A stretch of 62,976 nucleotides of DNA, counting the filler, from Lenisia limosa (taxonomy: Eukaryota > Protista > Breviatea): NCBI GenBank assembly GCA_001655205.1. It is 13 parts of 13 records of this genome, joined end to end, with 100 filler letters (N's around TTAATTAATTAA, not from the genome) between each part and the next. Parts side by side here need not be neighbours in the genome. Positions count along the whole stretch, not along the records: positions 45,789 to 51,274 come from LPNZ01010872.1; positions 51,375 to 58,358 come from LPNZ01009188.1; positions 58,459 to 59,667 come from LPNZ01001562.1; positions 59,768 to 61,366 come from LPNZ01010904.1; positions 61,467 to 62,976 come from LPNZ01006522.1; 8 more parts are not named here. One strand, 5' to 3'. This document shows positions 49,548-61,669 of the stretch, piece by piece (position 1 is the first letter of the stretch; each line of letters begins with the position of its first letter). The notes beneath the pieces are model-generated. The model was given only the letters and a program-made list of their open reading frames with translations. It did no database searches and was not told the DNA's origin. The position numbers were made by a program, and so were the translations under genes.

Positions 49548-51274
49548 CTAGTCACTAAAGTCAGCAAGCATATCGTCGATCTCCTCCACAGCTCCGTCAA
49601 CTTTGGGCTCTAAACGTATGAGATCACAATGCTGGAATTGGCAATAGAATTCCAAAAAAAAAGATACTTTTTGCGAATTACCAGCCACATGACATCCTCC
49701 TTTTCAAAAAACCCACTATTCACAGGCCTCATCCACATACTGCTTGCTTCAGTTTTAACAGGAGCCTCTGGCTCGGCCCTAGGTTGTGATTACAGTGTAG
49801 CAAACAAAATAAACGGACACAGCTGACCCCCCCCCCCTNNNNNNNNNNNNNNNNNNNNNNNNNNNNNNNNNNNNNNNNNNNNNNNNNNNNNNNNNNNNNN
49901 NNNNNNNNNNNNNNNNNNNNNNNNNNNNNNNNNNNNNNNNNNNNNNNNNNNNNNNNNNCACTGGGGAGATGAAGGCATATTCGGGTCTGTTAGGAACAAC
50001 GTGGATCCACTTTAAAAGTCTTTTCAGAACGAAGAAAATTGTACAGCTTGCCGCTTTTCAAATGACAAGGGGGACTGATTATTGGTATTGAAAAGCAAGC
50101 TATATGAAAGAAATACCCCCTTCACGCTAAAGACTTCTGCGAAACAGATGTGGCGAATTCTGAGATTTCCCCTTCCTCCTCGTAAACAAGATCAACAGGC
50201 TACAAGGTGAGATATGCTAAGTACACTTGTGTTATGGAATAAGGGACCTCCCTAAGCCCACCCTCCAATCTTACTGTCTCCCTAAGCCTACCCTCCAATC
50301 TTACTGTCTCCCTAAGCCCACCTTCCCAGTGACGCGATTGATTTTTTTTTAAAAAAAATAAGAATTTTAAGTGAGCGATTGATAAAATGAAATTTTAGCT
50401 ATTATATGCTTATTTTATCTACCTCCTTATGAGAAGGAAGATAAAAAAATAAAAAATTAAAAAAAATTACTTATTTTAACTAAAAAAAAAAAACAATCAA
50501 TCGTGCCCTTACCGTCTCCCTATTCATACCTCCCCAGTCTCCCAGTTCATGGCCCGGGCGTCATGCCACTTTTCGGTTCCCTGTGCTCTGACCCAACAAG
50601 GAGCGGAAGTGAAGTAGCCCTGAGGGGGGGGGGTCAGCATTATGAAAGAAAAAATAAACGACATTATACAATATTAAGCAGAAAGAAACTCGGTATATCT
50701 CCCAAACGCACTCCATCGGCCCATTTCTTCATATTGGGAGATGAGAAGGGTCCTTTGACATCCTTGTCGCCTGCATTGTCAGTGGTTTTGTTTCACTTCA
50801 AATGACGTGTTATGAAGTATTCGAAATATCGGAAATATGGTATTTTCGGACCAAGCTGCAAATAACCAAGATAAACACGACCTATGTTTTGGAGTTCACC
50901 CCCCCCCCCCNNNNNNNNNNNNNNNNNNNNNNNNNNNNNNNNNNNNNNNNNNNNNNNNNNNNNNNNNNNNNNNNNNNNNNNNNNNNNNNNNNNNNNNNNN
51001 NNNNNNNNNNNACCCTCATCTGAAATCATAAAGTTGAGCGATGGAAGAGGGGAGAAAAAACAGGCAAATAATAAGATATTAAATCTTGCTCAATTTTGCA
51101 GGTGGCTGTTTGTATGATTTATTTCTGATGGATTGGGTGAGAGTTATATTTGACAGGCCCTCTACCTTTAGTCAGGGGATGACCTTGATTTCTGAGGGTC
51201 ATGGCCAGACGCTCGCGTGTCTCAGAGTAAATGGCTACATTGGTCATGAAAGTGTGATAACGGTCCAACAAGTC
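49548..51274 (-). CDS. CD2BP2: CD2BP2 / U5-52K-like GYF-domain protein (5' truncated); exons below 50500 are tentative
   Basis: NVAIYSETRERLAMTLRNQG matches the CD2BP2 block I recall as NLGVYQETRERLAMRLKGLG. GDKDVKGPFSSPNMKKWADG|GYFTSAPCWVR is a canonical GYF domain split by an intron (acceptor at 50620). Confidence 0.82.
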
Positions 51275-53122
51275 NNNNNNNNNNNNNNNNNNNNNNNNNN
51301 NNNNNNNNNNNNNNNNNNTTAATTAATTAANNNNNNNNNNNNNNNNNNNNNNNNNNNNNNNNNNNNNNNNNNNNTTCTATCAAAAAAAAAATGAAACCTG
51401 GGTTACCTTGTAACTTGAGGCACTTTGTTAGCTCCTTCGGCTTACTTGCCTGATTTACTTGGCTACCCTAGACCAGTTAAGACAAGGCATATTCAGGGTA
51501 GCATATCATGAAGATAACAGATACAGTATGTGTACATGTTCATGATGATAGAAAAACTGTCACCAGGTGGTTAAGGTCTGGGCTACTCTTTCTTACCAAG
51601 TAAAAGGAGCCTGTCAGCTCCTTGACGGATATTTGGTGGNNNNNNNNNNNNNNNNNNNNNNNNNNNNNNNNNNNNNNNNNNNNNNNNNNNNNNNNNNNNN
51701 NNNNNNNNNNNNNNNNNNNNNNNNNNNNNNNNNNNNNNNNNNNNNNNNNNNNNNNNNNNNNNNNNNNNNNNNNNNNNNNNNNNNNNNNNNNNNNNNNNNN
51801 NNNNNNNNNNNNNNNNNNNNNNNNNNNNNNNNNNNNNNNNNACAATGGATAGAGAATCAGTGTCGTCCAAAATTTACATAATTATACATTATTATGCTAC
51901 AGCAATTAGAGTTACAGCTATTAGAGCAAAAATAATGGGAATAAAAAAAAAGACATTAATAGCCGCTCTGGAGGTTCTTTATGCTGCTATAAGGGTAGCT
52001 TACCATGCTGCTGTAGAGAAGGCTTGTGCAGAGATGCACCTGCGTTCATGGGATTGATTCAGAATTGTATTTTGGATCAATTTTTCGGTTAAAAAAAAGA
52101 AAAAAAATTAGTAGTATGCAGGAAATCTTCAAAAATATGACATGTACTAAAAAAGGCTTAACTTTGTAAAAGGCTAAAAATAAAATCTCACAAAAAGGGG
52201 AGTGAACTGGACGAACTGGACTTTTCGAAAATTTTCGACACTCGAAAATTTGCAATGATCAGAAAAAGTGCATTTGTAAGCGTTTTAAAAAACTGACCTA
52301 GATGATATCTAGTATCTTGGATTCTATCAAGATAACTCTTGAGGCTTTAACGCTGTAGCACTGTACCATTTTTAGCCGCATCTGTGGCTTGACTGTTATT
52401 GACGCCGAACCTGCCGCCATTGTACTGAGGGCCAAAAACCAGGACACTGTGTACCTTGTCTTCAAACTCTCATTCTTTCCAAACAAGTAGGAATGGTGTC
52501 TGGCATTTCTCGCGATAAATAACAGATGGATAAATGACACAGATGGATAACAGATGTATATAAATGATACAGATGGATATGGATCATTTTCATTCAGTCA
52601 AACGCGTATTTTGGAATATATTGCCAACTCTTTTGAAAGATGAGCCAGACCATTTATGCTTCACTTTTCAGTTACGTAGAATACTCAATAGTGGAGTGTT
52701 CTGATATTGACATTCTTCCTGACTACCTGAAAAGTGTAGGCCTGGGGGCTTCGTTTGAACCCAAATCTTCATCCTTTGACCACACTCGGAGTTTCATTTT
52801 GAGCTCACCTCATGTCTCCAGGATGTATTCTTCCCATCAAGTCAAATTGAGCTCTTTATGGGCCGTCTTTTGACCGTGATTAACAAGTCTGCTAAAACCA
52901 AAGAAGACTGAAAGGCTCAAAACGACCCCCCCTCCCCCCAGCATTGATCTTGCAATCTTTCGATGAAGGCTGTCCGTGTTTTTGTTATTCGTCCCTTTCT
53001 TTAATGTACACTAGCTATGTCCCCTTTACTTCTCATTTCTATCTCAAAGTCCACTGTGTGTGAGTCATACAAACAATAGCCTCTTGAAAAAGACCACAAT
53101 AAATACATTACAATACAAAACA

Positions 53123-56100
53123 TCACCATTCGAAGTCCGTTGAAATCTTATTAAAGACGTACTCTCTCGTCTGTGGGCCTTGCTGATGCTGCACAACACC
53201 TTCTCGGAAAAGAGCCTTGAATTTGTTCTTCTGTCTCACCACCTTCAAGGGTTAGACCTCTGACAACTCAGTATGATGAAATAATACAACTACACTACAT
53301 TATATCCTCAATAAACAACAATCCATCCCAATTTGCACAGTTTATCTCATCTTTTGGAGTAATATCATTTGGTGGCAGACAGACCTTCTCATAGAGGCAG
53401 ATGATATGACTGAAGTAGTTCTCCTCATCATCACTGTCACTTCCGCTGATGTCCGATAGTCCGTCATCATCCATGGAGGCAACCTGCAAATAATGCAAAT
53501 TAGCAGAGAAGAACGGAAACAGCCAAAGCACGCTCAATAGTCAGCTGTACCTACCGCTTTGGTTGGCGGGGGTGGTGTGACTGTGTTGATCTGGAAAGTG
53601 AACCATGAAGCGCTCAACAAAATTTTTTATCATATCTTTCCTCCAATTATTATTCAAATCTTCCTCTTTTTAAATTATTCAAATCTGTTGGATCTGATAA
53701 CTTCTGATGAAAAACTTCACTTCGTTCCAAAAAGGGACCTTCGATGCCCCCCTAACTTGTCCCGGGGTGACATGTCCTGCCGTTTGGGTCCTCATTGCTT
53801 GGAACGAACTGGGGTAGCCAAGATCTGCACAATCAGAAGGTAATCATTTCTTATCAACTTATCAGCCAAAAAACAAAAAAAAAAACTTAATACCAAAACA
53901 CCTCGCTTTTCAACGATAAAATCGAAGAAGAATCAATCATAAGAAACTGGAGGATAATACTAGAACTGCAGATAGCCTCGCACTTGTTGTTGGAGCAGTG
54001 TGGGGAGCGGTTGAAGAAGGGGTTGAAACTTGAGACGAAAGAGCCGTTCCATAGCCCTGGCCAAAGGCTGCCTGCTGCAAATGTCACCCAGGAATCGCTG
54101 CAATAGTAGAAAACTCAAGAGGAGAAATTAATTGTCAATAACTTATTACTGTTTAAACAGAAAAAAACGTGACTTAGTACATGTCGTGTTTTATATAATT
54201 CGCCCATCAAGACAGACCTGTGGGGTGACTGCAGTGAACGTTGTGCTCGTTGGGGGAGTGGCGGTGGTGATGGTTGGGGCTGTACTTGGAGTTGCAAAGG
54301 CCTCTTCAGTGGATTGGAAGTCCAGTTGCTCCTCATCAACAAAGCCGAAAAACTCTGCGATAGTGAGAAGTTATCCAGTTGAAGCATTCATAATATCGTA
54401 TGATACAATATGTTGTCTCTTCTTTCATGATTTTACTAGTCAGATAAAAGGAGCCCAGCTCAAAATCCCACACCCACCATCCCCAGCCTGTGGCGGATGT
54501 GTCCCTTCAGGTCCATCTGCTGGCCCGCCTAAACGGTTAACCCTTTCGTGAAACTTCTGAGTCTGTTGCTTGCTCTTATAAGCACTTGGGATTGTGTATT
54601 AATAGAAACCTTGAAAAGGGAAGCTCAACCACAAAAGAGTGTTCATCAATGAGGATTTGTCGATAAATATCTTCTGTTCAAACCAAAACTCCCTCCCAAG
54701 TCATATTTCAGCCATTTACATCAACCCCAATAACATACTAGGTACAGCATAGTCCTCAAGATGCGGGTCCTCTTCCAAACATAGTGCTGAAAGAATCGGA
54801 CCAACTTCCTAACATGGTAAGGGACCAATATGACGAGTCCTTTCCATAAAAACCTTCATTATAAGGATGATAGCTAGCCACCACCATATCTCATTTTGAA
54901 TACATAAACATGTTTTCAGACCGTAAACAAACAATGGATAGAATAGCCTGTAAGCTATGTGTTTCTACCATAAGTAGTAATTCTAACCTTTGATGCGGCG
55001 AGTCTGAAGGCTGAGAGCTTCTTTTTAGGTTTATCAACAATCTATGTGGGTTAGCTCAGCCTTATATCCTCATTACCAACAATAACTGCATCATCACACA
55101 ACCAATATCATGATCCCCCTCCCCTTATACCGGGGAAGATGGGCCGTCCAACTGAGTGATAGTTGCCGGCTGGACGCCTTGTCGGTGTTGCTGATAGGAA
55201 CTTGGCTCTGGGGGTGCGTAATAAAAACAAAGTGGCCCTTCTAATCAACACCACCTCTGGTTTGATACTGCCCCCAACACCCACTTATGACTTGAGCTTG
55301 GGGCTCCTGGACAGCGAAGCTGCTCTGGTACCTCATTTGCGCCTGACTGTGAGAAAGTGCAATGGGAGGGCCAGACGTGCGATTTTGAAAACACAAAACA
55401 AACGAAAAAAACAATCAATCAAGACAAACAATCAAGACAGACAACCAAGACAATCAAGACAGACAACCAAGACAGACAATCAAATAGAGGATCATTAAGT
55501 ACGTTGTCAGTAGTAAATATGATATACTATACATAGATCATAGTTTAAACGCCAAAGGAGAAAAAAAAACAGCCAATCCACTTCAACAAAAAAAGAATGA
55601 ATTCCTAAGTTCCGTTCCCATTCCTTTACTGATGTGAATCCTGTACTCCACCAAGGACAGAAACATGACCCTTATCTAGGGCTTCCCTACGGTCCCAAAA
55701 TATACTGAATTTCCCGATAAATCCTCGATAAATATCGATATTTTACCAGTCTTTTTCGGACCGGGTAATCCCTACCCTTATCCTTATCAAGAGATATCTT
55801 GACACCCCCCCCCCCCCCCCNNNNNNNNNNNNNNNNNNNNNNNNNNNNNNNNNNNNNNNNNNNNNNNNNNNNNNNNNNNNNNNNNNNNNNNNNNNNNNNN
55901 NNNNNNNNNNNGAAGTCCGTATGACAACCCCGTTGGTCCGTATAGGGAACAGTTTTCGGCTAATACGATAAAAATCGACAAAGCTGTCAACACCAAGAAC
56001 AAACAATAGCTGGTTGAGAAAGGATACAGTTTTTTGGAACAGCTTCTTAGTTTTGAGCTTCTCACCCTGTTATCAAAAACCCAATACCTTCCCCGCCCAC

Positions 56101-56992
56101 CATAGCTGGCTGTCTTGGCATTGTCACAGCTAGAAAATGAGAAGGGGGGTAAACACATAGCTGAACAAGAGATCATGATACCCCAAAAAATACATCAATC
56201 ATGGTGAAACCAAAAAACTTGAAAATGAATAAAAGTGTGAAACACACACCCACACACCCACAAACACACTTGGGTACAGAAAGTTTGACAGAAAGAGGTA
56301 TTACNNNNNNNNNNNNNNNNNNNNNNNNNNNNNNNNNNNNNNNNNNNNNAGCACAAGTAACCACTGACAACCCGCCAGCATACGTGGAGGGGCTGTGAGT
56401 TGTATTTGGGATGACAACATGTTCATTGGGGGCTGACTGGGTCTCTGAATATATGACGATGAAAGAGGGGTTAGGGAGATAGCGATGATAAGGATATAGG
56501 ATAGGAAGCTAAATTGATAAGATAGGATATAGGATAGGAAGCTAAATTGATAAGATAGGATATTAGAGCCCCCCCCCCCACATAGGCAGGCTTTCCTGTC
56601 CCGAAAGAGGCATTGATCATCTAAGATGTGGGAAAATAGGTTCAACCAAAAGACAGGTTACAAGAAAACGCCGCAGCAAACCGCTTTATCGGCATTCTCC
56701 AACGGAAGGGACACTGTACCCTGTCTCACGAGCTTTTCTCTCCATAACTAGAGAAAATAAAGGCAAGGCAGAGGGACGGGCTACCTCTTGAAGCTCTCGA
56801 CGAACACCATCTTTGACTCCATAGGATTGGAACTCAAGCTTGACATTTCGCATAAACTTTTCAATTACATTTCCATACACTTCCCCAGCCTCCTGGAACG
56901 TGGCGTGCAGGCCTCCAAAGTTCGAATACATTGGAACGTTGGGTTTAGTTCATCTAATTGCTACTTCTTTCTCTTAAATCTACCATTAACAT
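53123..56992 (-). CDS. TOA1: Transcription factor IIA large (alpha/beta) subunit, multi-exon
   Basis: N-terminus EAGEVYGNVIEKFMRNVKLEFQSYGVKDGVRRELQE|LWREKL; internal ITQLDG (55143-55154); C-terminus DDDGLSDISGSDSDDEENYFSHIICLYEK|VVRQKNKFKALFREGVVQ...EYVFNKISTDFEW*. All three are conserved TFIIA-L blocks. The start codon position is tentative. Confidence 0.9.
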
Positions 56993-57282
56993 TCAATTTT
57001 GTAATACAACGCCAACAGGTTTCACAACAAGAAATTTCGCTTTCCATTGTTTTTTTTCATAAACCATATTAAATGTGTACCCCACAGATTATACACTATT
57101 TATATGATATTTGTAGAAATGAAACAGACCTGTTCCCTTACCAATAGCTGCTTAGAATCATTTCTAACCCATTTACTACACCATACGAGGACTATAACGC
57201 GATAATACACTTTCCCAATGTTAGTCTAACTCTACCCTCACCCTTGCTGCCACCTGAGGCCATTCTATCTTTTTAGAAGAAG
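56993..57282. promoter_or_regulatory. Probable bidirectional promoter region between head-to-head TFIIA and ankyrin genes
   Basis: About 290 bp separate the two divergent starts; inferred from gene layout only, no motif identified. Confidence 0.4.
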
Positions 57283-58358
57283 ATGGCGGATAGTCCAAAC
57301 CGAGGCAGTACCTATTACATTGATCATAACACTCCACCCCCCTCAACATGGTCGTCCAAAGATCTTCAAAAGTACCTTACTCAGCGAGGCTTAACCCCGT
57401 CCTCAACTCTCCAACGGGAAGAAACTGTCACTCTTGTTGAGAAGGCACTTGCGGCTGAAAACCTACTTTTGAAGGTGGGGTTCAAGATTGCTTTGTTCAT
57501 TGGAATGCCGGATTGGCCAGGCAAGCTTTTTTGTTGCTGCTGTTGTTGTTTGTGATTAATCAAACACTGGCATATGCCACTGTTAAACCAATGTATTAAT
57601 ATTATTTTGGGAGTGATGTCTTGTTCCATAAATTAGCATTCCATTCGTTTTATTGTTATCAACCCTTGTGTGTTGTCAGCCAACAGAGTTGNNNNNNNNN
57701 NNNNNNNNNNNNNNNNNNNNNNNNNNNNNNNNNNNNNNNNNNNNNNNNNNNNNNNNNNNNNNNACCCTCGTGTGTTGTCAGCCAACAGAGTTTTTATTAT
57801 TATTATTATTTTTGTTTCATACATATATATTTTCCAATTTCCCCGTCTTTAATCAGCTTCAGCCCGCACTTGTTGGTCGACCGGAGATCCTAGCTGCCGC
57901 ATCTGTGGGTGACATCCGAGCAGTTAGCAGGATCCTGCACAACTCAACAACCATTGTCAACACCGTGGACAGCCGGAACAGGACGGCTCTACACGAAGGT
58001 GGGTTGAGCTTGGATAGATGCTGCAATGGGTTTCCTATGAAATACCGGTTTTACAATTAAATATCCTTTCAATTCTTCGAATGAGGGCAAGAGGGAGGAA
58101 AACCGGCAAGATGCGGCCTTTTGAATAATTTTCTGTATCTATTTACCAAATACCCTCATTTATTTGGAAAGGTGTTTCGTTTATAACAACTATGGGTGCC
58201 GCATTTGTCTCTTAAGCTTAACAGTATAGTATGTCTTATATTATTGAAGCGTGAAAAGGATTAATCTATTATTTCTGGGGTACCTGACCCAATCAGCGTG
58301 TCACGGCGGTCATCTCGACGTCGTTTATCTCCTTCTTGATGCTGGATGCAACAAGTGG
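57283..58358 (+). CDS. Ankyrin-repeat protein with N-terminal HeH/LEM/SAP-like helix pair (3' truncated)
   Basis: Exon 1 includes PSTWSSKDLQKYLTQRGLTPSSTLQREETVTLV; exons 2-3 give ILAAASVGDIRAVSRIL...VNTVDSRNRTALHE|ACHGGHLDVVYLLLDAGC (ankyrin consensus). Confidence 0.8.
57655..57847 (+). repeat. Intron-3'-end repeat, two copies around an N gap, in ankyrin gene
   Basis: aacccttgtgtgttgtcagccaacagagttg-gap-accctcgtgtgttgtcagccaacagag...tttcata...ttttccaatttcccc, ending ~15 nt before acceptor 57861-57862. Confidence 0.8.
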
Positions 58359-58762
58359 NNNNNNNNNNNNNNNNNNNNNNNNNNNNNNNNNNNNNNNNNN
58401 NNTTAATTAATTAANNNNNNNNNNNNNNNNNNNNNNNNNNNNNNNNNNNNNNNNNNNNACCTCCCAGGGCGACCGCCAGTGCATCGCCCCCCTGCAGCCC
58501 CCGGGTGCCCCACTGCCGCCGCCGCATCCAAAGACCTAGTTCACCAGGTCCTAGCCCTCGCTTATTCGTCATATATGGTGCGGGGCTTATTTGTTGTTCG
58601 TTATGTCTTGGAGGGGGGAGGGGTAATACAATATGATTTACTACGTCTGATGGGGTGTTTATACGATATGATTTACTACGTGTGATGGGGTGTTTATACG
58701 ATATGCTTTATGTGGCCCGCTTATCCTCCCCTACATTTATTATTACTCACCCCTCCCCCTAG

Positions 58763-59604
58763 ATCGAGGCTTTCAACCCCCTTGACGAAATTCTCTTTCG
58801 AGGCACTTTCAAAGATTATGGTAAGACATGGGACCTCTCTCTATGAGTCATTAATGTCGCTTTTTGGTTTACACGTGTGAACTATCATTTTCCACGCAGT
58901 GATATGATACCGCATATCTACTCGTATGATAATTGACTGACACGTCTCAATGATACTCTGATACACTCGGGATGAACCATCGTGTTATCTTCGTTCATAT
59001 AATATATAGCACCAGTGGACATGAGTGAAAATTCTACAGCGTGGTGGTGTTGGTGGCTTCGGCCAGATACAAACTTGTTTTTATTTCTAATTTCCATATA
59101 TTGTACAATGAATGATTAAATTTTCGCTTCGGTTCGAAAAAAGACTGAATTTCTCGATAAATCCTCGAGAACTATCGATATTTTTTTTGACTTTTTCAAT
59201 TCGAAGTGAAACTGTGCTTGTGATGTGGAAAAGGCTCGTTTTAAAACTACTTCCCCTTCAAGAATGCTTAAACTCACCACCCAGCGAAATACGGCAAAGT
59301 GAAGGAAATTGCGGTGTTGAAAGGAAAAGTGGGGAGGGGGGAGAATTGTGACGACTGTTGGGCAATTACTTCTTTTATCCCCCCTCCCCGATGGGATGCG
59401 GTGCTACAGAAGCGACTGGCCTGGGCCTTTTTTTTTTGTTTTGTTTTTCTCAACCCTCGTGTGCTGTCAGCCAACAGAGTTGATTTGTGCTTTTTGTTTA
59501 ACAAATTTTCTAAATTTACCCCCCCCCGCAGATAGTGACACGTCATGTTGCGAACAGAGGATTCCAGTCCACTCTCATGATCTGGGATATGTCTTTGAGC
59601 ACTG
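58763..59604 (+). CDS. Hypothetical gene fragment (three in-phase exons)
   Basis: IEAFNPLDEILFRGTFKDY|AKYGKVKEIAVLKGK|IVTRHVANRGFQSTLMIWDMSLST; phases agree across two GT-AG introns. Confidence 0.55.
59124..59214. mobile_element. Degenerate copy of the hAT-like MITE
   Basis: ttcgcttcggttcgaaaaaagactgaatttctcgataaatcctcgag...ttcaattcgaagtgaaac. Confidence 0.6.
59388..59531 (+). repeat. Intron-3'-end repeat, full unit
   Basis: gatgggatgcggtgctacagaagcgactggcctgggcc...aaccctcgtgtgctgtcagccaacagagttgatttgtgc...aaatttacccccccccgcAG, acceptor 59530-59531. A further 5'-truncated copy starts just after the next donor (59612-59667). Confidence 0.88.
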
Positions 59605-61177
59605 GTAGGGAGGTGCTAGCCAACAGAGTTGATTTTGGGCTTTTTTTTGTTTGTTTCATATCTCCAANNNNNNNNNNNNNNNNNNNNNNNNNNNNNNNNN
59701 NNNNNNNNNNNTTAATTAATTAANNNNNNNNNNNNNNNNNNNNNNNNNNNNNNNNNNNNNNNNNNNNTTCTGATAATATGAACGGGCCTAGTAATGCAGT
59801 ATGTTTGTTGTTTATTCCATTCATATTTCAAAAAAGCTCATACTATCTCACTTTTCAGGCAAGAACAACTCGACATTCAACTAAACCGTGGGAGGGGTTG
59901 TTCGTTAAAGCATACCCATACCGCTCAATGTTTATAGTGGGACCAGATCAGAATACTAAGTCGGAATTTCTGGTAGATCTGAAAGGCTTTTTTTTTTTGT
60001 GTGTTTTTGATGTGAAAAACACATAATTTTTTGAGATGGTCCTATTTACTATCATATTTTACCAATTTTAGTCNNNNNNNNNNTTTGTGTGTGTTTTTGA
60101 TGCGAAAAACACATAATTTTTTGAGATGGTCCTATTTACTATCATATTTTACCAATTTTAGTCCGAAGCTCTCAATTAACTTGAACACAACATTAAGCGC
60201 AGATACATACCAAGAGGTGGGGCTCTTTTGTTTATTTTAAAAAGTACATATGTATATATATATGGGATTATTATCAATATGTGTGATATTTGTATACATT
60301 TTTATTTTCCTTTTTATATGTAGAATATCACACATTAGCATAGAATATACATGTACATATGTGTATATACATGTATATTATATGTACATGTTGCTATATA
60401 TTCGAGGAACATGTCCGGTAGTTTTGACCTTCACAGAANNNNNNNNNNTTATATATATATATATATGTATAACCTAAACTCCGTATTTTATTCAAAACTC
60501 CGTATTCTATTATTTTTTAAAAAAAAACCCCAGGAAAACTCCATTTCTGTCAAATTATTAAAAATGAACTCTTTATTGATTCGCTATACGTAATTTTTTG
60601 ATAACTGTCAGTTTCATATTCCCAATCTAGCAGTTCAAAAAAAAATATATATATAACCGCACTCTAATGTGTATTCATTTAGAATGCGGTTATGTAGACA
60701 ACAAAGAAATAAAAACAACCACATTCCAAATAATCACAACCAGTTTGACAAAATCATATTCTAAATAGACAAGAAAACAGACAAAACAAAACCCTGATCA
60801 CACAAACACTACCTAAACAAGTGACATTTAGCTTTTTTTCTCTTAAAATTTTCAGCAAGCTTAGCCTCTCCTCCGACACGTAAACANNNNNNNNNNNNNN
60901 NNNNNNNNNNNNNNNNNNNNNNNNNNNNNNNNNNNNNNNNNNNNNNNNNNNNNNNNNNNNNNNNNNNNNNNNNNNNNNNNNNNNNNNNNNNNNNNNNNNN
61001 NNNNNNNNNNNNNNNNNNNNNNNNNNNNNNNNNNNNNNNNNNNNNNNNNNNNNNNNNNNNNNNNNNNNNNNNNNNNNNNNNNNNNNNNNNNNNNNNNNNN
61101 NNNNNNNNNNNNNNNNNNNNNNNNNNNNNNNNNNNNNNNNNNNNNNNNNNNNNNNNNNNNNNNNNNNNNNNNNNNNN

Positions 61178-61366
61178 GCCCATTATGTCGGTTACAGGCC
61201 CAACATCCACAGCAAAAGCAACGGACTTCTCAATAAACGGGGCAAACGTCTGAAGCTCTCTGACCGAAGCTGCAGCGGTGGTAATCTTTGAACAGTCAGG
61301 TCGAATGGGTGCAGCATTAGACCCGCAGCAAGTCCTGCAGCCACTCCTTGGCAGTAATCCAGATCT
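61178..61366 (-). CDS. Possible mitochondrial-carrier-like fragment
   Basis: GVAAGLAAGLMLHPFDLTVQRL resembles the carrier signature AG..a....P-x-D-x-x-K-x-R with the K position substituted; only one short motif supports it. Confidence 0.3.
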
Positions 61367-61669
61367 NNNNNNNNNNNNNNNNNNNNNNNNNNNNNNNNNN
61401 NNNNNNNNNNTTAATTAATTAANNNNNNNNNNNNNNNNNNNNNNNNNNNNNNNNNNNNNNNNNNNNTAACGACGAATCTGATTCATCAATTATGGCTATA
61501 GAGTTGGAATTCATAGATTTGATCTCCTTCCCCCAAAGGAAATGTGATACTTTTTTGGTCACCATATACATACATACATATATATATCGATATATGATAT
61601 ATTTTGTGTGTGCTGTTTTGATAGGGTTTTATTATGCCTCTAATATGTAGATATATTTTACAATTACAG

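Noticed and set aside
51845-52890. Small ORFs and possible exons downstream of TFIIA
   Set aside because: Strand and frame are ambiguous and no consistent spliced product could be built.
59995-60165. ~80-bp direct repeat
   Set aside because: The two near-identical copies sit on either side of a 10-N gap: typical overlapping contig ends in scaffolding.
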